NCBI GenBank assembly: GCA_965235115.1
Contig: OZ249445.1
Span: 744,001-808,000 of the forward strand
From: Laetmonice hystrix
Taxonomy: Eukaryota
Direction: 5' to 3'
DNA: 64,000 bases
Part shown: piece by piece, positions 23,801-33,900 of the stretch
How positions within the stretch are numbered: position 1 is the first letter of the stretch
Layout of the letters: every line of letters starts with the position of its first letter
The notes under the pieces: generated by a model
What the model saw: the letters and a program-made list of their open reading frames with translations, nothing else
Told to the model about the DNA's origin: nothing
The model's database searches: none
Position numbers and translations under genes: made by a program

Positions 23801-26800
23801 TAGGTCAAAGGTGTCCTAAGATTCTCATCACAGCCCAATACTGCCTTCATCACTTACTTCCTGTTTGTATCATAATAAATATTAACATCCAGCCCACCAT
23901 TAGGAAAACAACCAAAAAAACAAAGATTTTGTGAATCTTACTTTTAGCTTTGCCTTCACGTTTCTGCCAGAATTTTTTCTCGGTGGAAGGAGTGGAGTAG
24001 ATATTATAAAGTTCTGTATAGATGAATAGACATACTTTGGACTCTCCTACTTAATCCCAGGTATCTAAGCAAGACGACACGAGAGAAAAGTGCAGTTGAC
24101 CTAGCTCAGTAAAGGTTAATGTGTATTTCACACCCACTCTGGGTCAAAGGTGTCCTAAGATTTTCATCATAGCTCGTCACTGCCTTGAAAACCCCTCCAA
24201 ATCCCTAAACTTTTGGCATAGCGGGCCCCTGTATTTTAGGCTGCTACACCGTCTCTTGAACAACGTAGTAGTAAAAACAGAACCCAAATGAAACCTTTCT
24301 CATCTGGCTATCTAGACTGCAAGATAAGGCTCTAAAATAGCCTAAATTACCAGCTTTGGGGGGGGGGGGGGGGGGGGCTCGGCTCTCCTGTGACCCTAAC
24401 CAGAGCTCTGCCCTTGGTATGAACACTCTGCTGCCGAGACTTCTGGCGGGAACCCTGCCTAAGTCATATACGTGTACCTAAAAAGATGGGCATACCATCT
24501 GTTGGGGTTTTTTCTTGAATGACGAACTGAATCCTTTTTCCAAAGGTTCTTCTGATAATATACAAAATAACAAAATTAATAAGTCAGGGATTAGGAAATG
24601 TACTCACCCTTTACACTTGATAATTTCTGGTCCCTCAAATCCAAATGGATCGGCAGTATCTGGTTCTGACCTCATTACGTATTCCTTTGTTAATACAGTG
24701 TTGGTGAAGTAGTCGTTGCTATCAAAGTGGAAGTCTAAAGTAAAGCCCTGCAATGAAGTACAACAGTGCACTATGTGACCTCTCACTCGCCATGACAGTA
24801 ACCATGGCTAAAGTTGGTTCCAGAACTTGTACCCATATGTCTGGTGCAAAGATCTATATTTAAACCAAAGAAAAATCATGCTGGTTATGATGCTGCAACT
24901 AGTTAACGTTATTTCCAATGTTTTCCAGACATTGAATCTTAAATATTTCATACGGGTCAACTCTTGGGGCTATGGCAAAATACTTTTTCTTGATACATTA
25001 AAATATGACTTACCATTGGATCTGCTTGTGAGAATTTAACTTTGATATCCTTTAAGTGTTTAAGAACTGGCTCATCGTGATCCTGCAAGAAAAGAATATA
25101 AATACTTGAAACTTTGATGCAAACAGTTACATAAGACAATTTGTATTCATGGCCCCATTCTTAGACAATTTGGGGGTGTAGAAATGTAGCAGATCTTACC
25201 TGAACCATCTCCGACAGCATGTCCACATTCTTGAAGACTGTCAGCCAGAACTGTGGAATTCCTGATGGGTTTTCTGAGGATTAAAACAAAAAGTTTCATG
25301 TAGCACTGAACTCCCTGATTTAGGATTGCCACTTCAACGATACATATATTTAGCACAGTATATACTGGTCCATGATTCACACCGACACTGTATTTAAAAC
25401 TAGCTTGAATAATTCATTCATATTTAGAACTCACGCTCTGCAGCATCCTCCTTCTCCTTCTCTTTTTCCTTCTCCTTTTCTGGTTCCTCCTTCTCAGCCT
25501 CGGGTTTCTCAGCCTCCTCCAACTTGGCCTTCTTGGCCAGGTCCACCTGTCATGAGAACAGAGGTTTGTAAACACCCCGTTCACTCACCCTACATACTGT
25601 CCACTTCATACCATAGCCTCACCAATACACAGCCATCACACTAGCCCAAACTAAGTGAAATTGTCATTTTTTGAGAATTTCAACATGTCCTAGAAAAAGA
25701 ATTACCAGCTGTGTCAGTTTTCATTTTGGCAAAAGAAGTAGAACCTTCCACAAGTCGTAGGTATTCCCGCGAGGATCAAACATCAGTTTAGTGTCTCACT
25801 GCCTCCCTACATGGTTCCCAGCTTTCCAAAATTCAAGGACTTTTACCAGATCATTATTTTTTCAAGGACCATGTTCAGGCCTCCTTTCAGTTTTTCTTTT
25901 CATGGGATAGTGGTGATAATAAAAAGAAGGACACCCTGACTTTAAATCAGACACCTAGAATTTTAGTCTGTTCATCAAATTCCCGGACCTTTGCAGGACT
26001 TGAGCACATATTTATAAATTCCCAGAGGTTTCCTGTCCAGGAAGTCCCAATATATAATTTCCAGACTTTTCCCAGTTTCCTGGACCCACGACCCATGTTC
26101 CCTAGTGTAAACATCTTGATTCTGTCAATGATAAGCAGCTTCACTTACACAGAACTTTATATTAGCACTACATATTTTGATCTTCGTACAATTAAGTTTA
26201 TCTGTGTCATAGTGAATTATCCAATAAAAATTAAACCCAAACTGGAATTTTCTATGGGACGATAAATAACATAAGTTTGGCAATCAGTTTGTGTAACAGA
26301 ATCTTGGACTATCACGCCTCTGTGTCAAAGGTCAACTACAAGCTGGGGCTTGGCTCCTTCTGCTAGCTTTCTGACCATGTGGCCCTCTCATATCAAACAA
26401 GGTATATTCCATATCCTCCAGTGTTGTGCAACCTTTGCTTTACATAAAAATAACTTTACTTCTTTCATATGAAAACAATAGGAGCATGATAAATAGCTGA
26501 AGTTCTTGTGCTACCTCCAAGACGCCAAGGATGGACAAAGGACACTGTGAACATGTCACAATTATGAAGAACAATCAATCATTCCCTCTGAGGTCTTGTG
26601 TTGTTCATGCTACATCGTGATGTTTGGAGAATTTGGCATGTTTCAGTTTTACTGTAGAAAAAGTAAGAAACCAAAGCAATACGGCACTTAAGCCCCCCCC
26701 CCCTCAAAATTAAGTATAAGCAAAATTCTTCATGCATAAACTGTCCGAACTAAACATGAATATGGAACACATAACTGAAACCCCACCAGTTGCAGTAAAG

Positions 26801-28895
26801 TTTGCACAGTTAGCCAACTTTTATTATCTGTCTCCACCCCACGGTGTCCAGTTAGCATGATTTTCTATCAAGTATATTTTGCACAAAGCCACAACACTGA
26901 TTGGATAGAGAGAGCGACATAATACATACAGCAAGCTTTACCTCCTCCTCGTCTTCGTCATCACTCGGCCACTCACAGTCGGAATCTGTCGGTTCTACTC
27001 CACCCACCACAATCTCACGCCGCTAATAAACAATAAACAAGTCTCCATCAGTGCACCATTCAATTTATACTTCCTGAAAACTAGCAACAGGCCAGAAAAT
27101 AGCTGCAAATCAGGGAACTCATTCCTAACAGACTATTATTTTGTTTTAAACAAGTATCAAGCACTGGCCAAGTTTTAGGTGATCTAAAGCAAATACTGTT
27201 TGCAATGTTCACTGAAATGCAGAGATCCCAATTTATTCCTTTTATCACTAACATAGTATAAACTTTTAAAACAAGTTGTCAATGACAACCAGAGCAGACT
27301 GAATACCTACCCTCTCGAAGAGTGGTTGGTACTTGGCAGCATACTTGCACTCCAACTCATGAACTTCTTCATAAAAATTGGACTCAATCTTGATCATTTC
27401 AAACTGCAACTTTTTCAGTGCCTTGATGCGCCTCTTCACAACCTTGGGCAGGCTGGTGACGATGGGATAAGTGAAGAAAGAACATCGATTAAAATCCTTA
27501 ATCCAACTTGACATGAGCACTTCATCACCTCTCTCTACAAATTCTCAAGTAACATTTTACTTGAAATTTGGCCCCACCTTTATTTTGGATAGCAGCAACA
27601 TACCACTTTATACAGGGGGTGGGGGTGTACTAGTTTTGCATACATTTATAAGTTTAGATAATTCAAATATTCATGCCTCTTTGAAGATACTTCTTCAGAA
27701 ATAAAAGTAAACATTAGTCATTATGTGAGCAAATAATACATTTGTTTGATATCCTGCTGTACAAATTAATATTTGCCACGTGTAGAGTTCAATGAACTAC
27801 TGCATAGTGTCACTGTGGAAGTGTGATGACTTCTAACATGTCCTCGGTTGATTTTGTGAAATTTGAAGCATGAAAGGTGAAGGACAGAACAAAGGAAAAT
27901 TGCCACACAAACAGGAGGCGACTATTGATATTTCATCATTATACCTTGAAAACATCCAGGCTGCATATCTGGAACTAAATAGGGTACATGCATGCTGAAA
28001 TTGATCTTAGTTCTTTTTGTACAACAAACTATTCTACACCCCCCCCCCCCCAACCTGAGGCCGAGAATGAGAGCAACTTTTAATCTAAAAAACCCAACAC
28101 TACAATCTCAGTAAATTCAATGGGATGAAAAGGGCGAGGACTGAGAAATGATATTATTAGGTGGCCTGCTACCTAAAGCTTCTGCCCAGCACCCTCTGAT
28201 CATACAGAGCAGGAAATCAACACTTGCTGGTGCCTGTACATCAGCCTAGAGAGTTCAATTGTACACAGTTTTATTATCTCAACCAGACTGCTATTGTTAA
28301 ATCACCAGCATGTACCTCTGGATGTATCCTGAGGGGCTGCCGATGATGCTGCCCAGCTTATCCTGTATGGCAGCCAGTACTCCGGGGTTCTGCATCAACT
28401 GACTCGCAATCTCTCCGGAGCCTGGTGCTGCTCCATCACCTGGAACAAACAGTTATCTTCTTACAACGCCATGACAATTCCTGCAAGAATGACGATCAAT
28501 TCTGATATAACGACTATATCCTTGAAAACAATTTCTTTAAACCAAGCCCTACATCAACAGGCAACTTTCAAGATATGGGGGAAAAAATATAGATTCCAGA
28601 TGTGTTAACCGACCTTGTCCCTCTTCATCAACTTCAATTTCTTCAACCTCTTCCTCCTCTTCGACCTTTGGCTTTCTGAAACAGCATATATGCGGAACAT
28701 GCATTTCCGAATACTTGACAAATTTATCCCATCAATGTACTTGTAATATCACTTAGTACGGCTTGCATAGATCTAGCTTCCGGGAATCCAAGAACTTACT
28801 TTCACTACATTTAACAAGATATTGTACTCATAAATTATCTACTACTTTTATAAGATTCATGCTTTCTTTGCAACTTACGTTTCTGGATCAGCCAT
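20896..28895 (-). CDS. NAP1L1: Nucleosome assembly protein 1-like (407 aa), 14 coding exons
   Basis: Exons (minus): 28895-28879, 28675-28614, 28439-28316, 27452-27311, 27022-26942, 25546-25435, 25273-25200, 25082-25014, 24747-24608, 23044-22899, 22693-22557, 22392-22369, 21827-21771, 20934-20896; 1224 nt. Motifs LPKVVKRRIKALKKLQ, GIPQFWLTVF, NDSFFNFF, DFEIGHFIRERIVPRAVLYFTGEA; C-terminal CKQQ*. Probably co-orthologous to NAP1L1 and NAP1L4. Confidence 0.95.
21960..22357. repeat. Degenerate TGTAC/TGTACTGTA low-complexity satellite in a NAP1L intron
   Basis: Repeating GTACTGTA, TGTGTACTG and ACTGGATG motifs start immediately after the donor of the 24-nt micro-exon. Confidence 0.9.
23171..23248 (-). 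ncRNA. SNORD58: C/D box snoRNA, SNORD58/U58-like copy 1
   Basis: Minus strand: degenerate box C GTGATGC (23243-23237), guide CTTAGGACACCT followed by D' TTGA, C'-like ATGAAAT, box D CTGA (23178-23175), terminal stem GAGC/GCTC. Guide is complementary to the 28S rRNA segment AGGUGUCCUAAG. Confidence 0.8.
23483..23547 (-). ncRNA. SNORD58: C/D box snoRNA, SNORD58/U58-like copy 2
   Basis: Box C ATGATGA (23543-23537), guide CTTAGGACACCA plus TTGA, C'-like GTGAAAT, box D CTGA (23489-23486), stem AGC/GCT plus outer ACGAGA/TCTCGT. Confidence 0.87.
23760..23835 (-). ncRNA. SNORD58: C/D box snoRNA, SNORD58/U58-like copy 3
   Basis: Box C GTGATGA (23831-23825), guide CTTAGGACACCT plus TTGA, box D CTGA (23766-23763), stem GGC/GCC plus outer AGGCAG/CTGCCT. 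Confidence 0.88.
24103..24174 (-). ncRNA. SNORD58: C/D box snoRNA, SNORD58/U58-like copy 4
   Basis: Box C ATGATGA (24170-24164), guide CTTAGGACACCT plus TTGA, C'-like GTGAAAT, box D CTGA (24109-24106), stem AGC/GCT plus outer GCAGTGAC/GTCAACTGC. Confidence 0.88.
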
Positions 28896-29179
28896 TGTGA
28901 TGTTATCTGAAAGTACAACGATCCATAATTTACAAATAATTGGGAGTGATGCTGACTTCAGGTATATTGTCTACAATACCGATAATATCTGTAGAAAAGA
29001 AGTGTATTTTCAGTATTTCAAGGGGTGAAAGTCAGTAAGAATTCCACGTAATTAATGGACCTGCAAGCTGAGGTAGACCTGAGGAGGTGGGCAGAACATT
29101 TGACACAATACTGCTGGTGTCCTTTCATGTAAATTCCCCAGCATGGTTCAAAATAACTGGAGCTGGGCCGTTCTGGCGG

Positions 29180-29582
29180 TCCCAGGACGTTTCGAGCGCG
29201 GACCAGTTCGAGCGCCGCTCCATTGCCAGTTCGAGCGCGATTGAGTTCGAGCGGCAACGAGTTGAGCGGGGCTCCGCCGGTGGAGCCGCCCGCATGCTAC
29301 GCCCGCTCGTCCGCGGCCGATTTCGATCGGGGGTAGATTTCGATCGAGACAGTTGAGCGCGGCCACGTTCGAGCGTGCATATGGAGGGCCCTGTCAATGT
29401 CGCAATATGAATAATAGCCTAGTATCATCATACGAAAGATAGGGATACAATTTTTGCCGACTTCTGAGAACGGAAGTTGTGAAATACAGGCCGAGTTGTG
29501 AAATAGTCGCGCTCGAAGTGGTCGGTGTCGGCGCTCGAAGGGGTCGGCGCTCGAACTGGTTCGCGCTCGAAACGTCCAGACA
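29180..29582. mobile_element. Foldback/MITE-like element in NAP1L intron 1
   Basis: 33-bp near-perfect inverted repeats (29185-29217 GGACGTTTCGAGCGCGGACCAGTTCGAGCGCCG; 29545-29577), many subterminal TTCGAGCG motifs, flanked by the 12-bp direct repeat CCGTTCTGGCGG (29168-29179, 29583-29594). Confidence 0.7.
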
Positions 29583-30260
29583 CCGTTCTGGCGGGTCACT
29601 GAGTGCTGAGGGTACCGTGCTGAGGCTGTAAGTGGTAACATGAACATGGAAATGATGCTCCGTCTGGGGTCTCGTCTTGGTTTCATGCTGGTCAGTGAGC
29701 GTGTAATCTTCTCCACAGATGATCTTACATACTCGCACCGACCACTGTGCTATCGCTTACATCGCTCAGAGAATATTGCCATGCCGTTTGAAATATCAAA
29801 CTGACCGCCATCTGCTCCGGTGCCAGTGGTGGCACTGACGAATACATGATGTCATGCCGTCGCGGTCAGTAAGACACACTCGGCCCTCCACCCATGACGA
29901 TGTCGCAATACCCCATCATTAACGTCCTAGTTTTATATATCTTGTCTTACTTCTTCTATAAATGATAAAGATAACCCTCATACTGAATCATGCTGCTACC
30001 ACTTGCTCGTTCGACAATAAACGGCACAGAGAGAGGAAAGCCCCGGCGACAGGGTTCTGCGCCTCGATGGAATTTCCAGCCGCGCGGCACGGCACGCCAG
30101 CCGTCCACGCTGCGATTGTCACACCGTCCAAATACTTGACGATATCATTCCCCTTACAACGACACTCAGTAACAGTTAACCCTTGACGATTACACACTCT
30201 AGAATAACATCTTCATATCTCAATAATATTCAGGGGTATCGATTGGTGTTAAGTTCTTAC

Positions 30261-30400
30261 CAGGAATTTCTGTCGGGTTTCTCTGCTTGGTACTCCCAAC
30301 ACGAGGGAAGATGGCGGCAAAGGGATGATGGTACTCTGGTCGTCACTGATTGGCCCACAGACTGGCCACGTGATCAGCGTTGGCCAATGAGATTTCGTGG
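30261..30400 (-). promoter_or_regulatory. Probable NAP1L promoter and non-coding first exon
   Basis: On minus: pyrimidine start CCCTTT (TOP/TCT-like) at ~30324, YY1-type GCCGCCATCTT at 30318-30308, donor CTG|GTAAGA at 30261/30260. CCAAT boxes lie near 30350 and 30385. Confidence 0.55.
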
Positions 30401-30981
30401 GACATGCGTGACCTAAAAATTGGCGGGTGTATCATAAAGGTCATGGTCATCCAGTGATTTCATTTTCCACCGCCAGGGCCATTTGTCCACTGACCGGAAA
30501 CCGAGCGGAAAGAATTCCCGCCAAACTTCGATAGCAGTGACGGATGCAGAAGGAGGGTTATTGACGTTGCAGCCCCCGTCATGAAGAAATTTTTATGTTT
30601 TTTTTCATTTTTAAAATGACTTAGGCTAGACCCAGGGGCGAGCGCAGTTTTATCTGTATTAGTAGCCTAGTCAGTTCAATGAGGCCCGGAAATAAAAAAA
30701 ACTTGTTTTATAATTACACTTTTTACGGCATTTATTTCTTTGTACTTAAAAATGGGGAAAGAAAAAAGGGAGCAAAAATACGTAGCGAGATATCCCCCCT
30801 CCCACCATACAAACACACAAAATCATTCAAACTTTTATTAGACTTGGTTCTTGAAATAGTACGGTATTATATCATTCATGTTCCTAGCTTTGAGGTTTTG
30901 CTGTTCCACCGACTATATGCTTCTATGTTAGCTACTCAGACTACAAATGTCAATAATAAGAACTTTTATATAATTATATGT

Positions 30982-33900
30982 TTATTCCAGGTCTGTTCGT
31001 CCAGCAACGTCCATGTAGTCTTCTTGAACTTCAGCCTTTTTTTCTACAAAGAAATGAAGTAGATCTACATGTACATGCAAACTAATAACAATTATTTGCT
31101 ATAACATATTTAATATTGATTATAGATGGTACAAATCCAGAGTAAATCTCATGCTAAGAAAGATATACATAATAGCTGCATTAGCTTCAGTTATAACATT
31201 GCAATTTTGTATGGGATTATCAAATCATCATTTTTTTTCTTTACTTTTTAAATGATTTTGCTGCAAAACATTCTGGTTCTGGTATAATAGATATTTAGCA
31301 ACTCTTCCGATACAGTGAGAAATCAATGATGACCACTTCCACCGCCGACTAGATTTGATCTAGAGCATCTTGCTGTGGTCTTGTTCTCATTTGCGGTGTT
31401 CATCAATTTCTCACCGCTTGTTTTGGAAGAGTTAGGGTTAGGGTTAATCTGTATACATTTTTTTTCAAATGAATAATGTGCCAGTACGAATGTTCGTGGA
31501 GAGCTTAGGTCAATCTGCACCTCTACAATCAGCACCAAACCGACCTCAAGGGACCTAAACCGAGATAACCTTCACACTTGTTACTATAGTTTCACAAAAA
31601 CCTGACTGTGCAACAACTGGAAAATACTGCTATACCTTGATGTAAAATGATCCTAAATCAAACCTACAGCTAACCAGCAAGATCACTTAAAGTGAAAACC
31701 AAGAGGTTCACTAGATTAACCTAAGAATTCTCTGCTACGACCCCTGCCCATACTAAATCAAACCTAAGCTCTAACCAGCAAGATCACTTAAAGTGAAAAC
31801 CAAGAAGTTCACTAGATAAACCTAAGAATTCTCTACCACGACCCCTGCCCATACTGCCCAGTGACTGACACAGCTGCTAACCTCTCTGACTGGAAGAACT
31901 GACACTAACCACCTGCACAACTCACGAATCAACCTTCCTGTACCCTCTGACCTCATACTCTCCACGAATTTCTACACTGATGCACACTGTGAAAATATCG
32001 AATTGATAAACATCAATTCGTAGAAAACTCTGCACGCCAAAAGCAGAGTTGCAGGCAACATAATTTAAACCAGGACAGCCTGCTTTTAATTAAAATTACA
32101 ATTAAACGAGTCAATATTGTGATAAAAAGGAAGTTAATATCTGAATACCAAGCAACAGTTTGTCTACTTGGTCCAAATTTAGAAAGCGTCTAAAGAAAAT
32201 TCTGCTGAAGACCTGGAAGAAAAAATAGGTTGTCAATGATATCTTACGGTACATTTACCACTAAATCTTGTAGTTACGTAAAAGACATTCAGAACTTTCA
32301 ACAACTATAAGATGATTAAAACCTTTTTTATGTTTTACTTATGTCGGTTCTAGTGAAATCTTGCAGATCAGGAAAGTAGGTATACATTAATTGTTACTTT
32401 CGTTCATAGATGTTTTACTCTTGAGTTACAAACCATGTTAATCCGCAAACTGTTGAGATGATCCAGCGATAGGTCTGCACGTCCTCAGCTTTCCATACCG
32501 GCCGGCCTTGTCCCAAGGTCAGGGGTGTTGTGATGAAAATAACCAAAAAAAAGAAAAATCATTAAGACATGTGTATGAATTGTGAATCACTGAGTTTTTC
32601 CTGAAAAGAAAGCCAGTTCACTTTGCTGCATTTATTGAAAGCTAGCCAACCTGCTTTCAATAAATATAGGCATGTGAACTGGTGGGGGTGGGGGTGGGGT
32701 GTCCCTAACAGCGTCCCTAACGTCCCTACCTGCCTAATCAGAAGCTAATCGCCGCAATCTTAATTCTAGCCTACCAGTCAGTGAAACCTGACATTCTGTT
32801 TGATGGAGAGTCTTGTATAGTCTTGACTTATGTGGAGTTTACTGATTGATGTCTTGCTCTGTGCTACTTGTGTTTGAAGGATCATCTGTGCCGTTGGCGC
32901 CCCCTGCTAGCGAACCTGTTGGGAAGAAAGCATATGAGATACTAAATTATATTTTTTTATTTAAATGAGTGCAACAAGTTGGGACATACATGTATTTTAC
33001 ACGCATACAGGTGATCATCTGCTGACATACTCTTACCATAACCAAAACTCATGTAAAACAGAATCAGAGCCACCTGGATAAGTTACAAGATATGTTTACA
33101 TTCATCAACGAAAATTTCAAACAGAATATTTGACAGAGCTTGGTTTGATATTTGGTATGCAATTTATATTGAACATTAAAATTTAGTCTAACGTATCCTC
33201 ACCGATTCTTGTAAAGTGTAGCTCGATGTTGTAACTTCTGATCATTCAGTTCTTTCTTTCGGCTCAACCAGTCATACATTTCAGAACACTCAGGGATGGC
33301 ACGTTCATGAAAAATACAGAGAACACAATTAGAGACACAGTATATGGCTATATGGTAGTTATCATCCTGAAAAAGAAGCTGAAAAAGAATTAGGCTGAAA
33401 AAGAAACCGGTCCACCGCCAGTCATTCATGCATGCAATGCTTCCATTGCTTCAATAAATGGCTCTGTCAGTGACCAGTTCTTAACCTAACTTAATCCTAG
33501 CTTGTGAAGAGATCCGGTGAAGAGGGATGACACGGCGTCCTTTCTAGCAGCTGACCAGCACCTACAATACAAAAGTTAGTCTCATCCTACCTGCCATCAC
33601 GGAAGCGTCGGAGCAGTGGTCGGAGCAGTGGTCGGAGCAGTGGTTGGAGCAGTGGTCGGAGCAGTGGTCAGAGTCACACGTGCAAAGTTCATATAGCTCC
33701 CTGCTATAGGTACGCCCTACATCATCTCTCGTTGTACTGCTCATTGTACTCTTTGTCGTACTGTTCATCGTACTGATCATAATGTTCATCAGTCTGTTCA
33801 GCTCATACAATCTTGAAGTTGGTGTGTCGGTGAACCACAGCTGATAGAATCTTGAAGTTGGTGTGTCGGTGAACCAGTTTGAAGTCTCTGATGTAGCTCG

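Noticed and set aside
31425-31450. TTAGGGTTAGGGTTA as an interstitial telomere
   Set aside because: Only ~2.5 units; the same short motif occurs inside small MITEs here (44520-44540).
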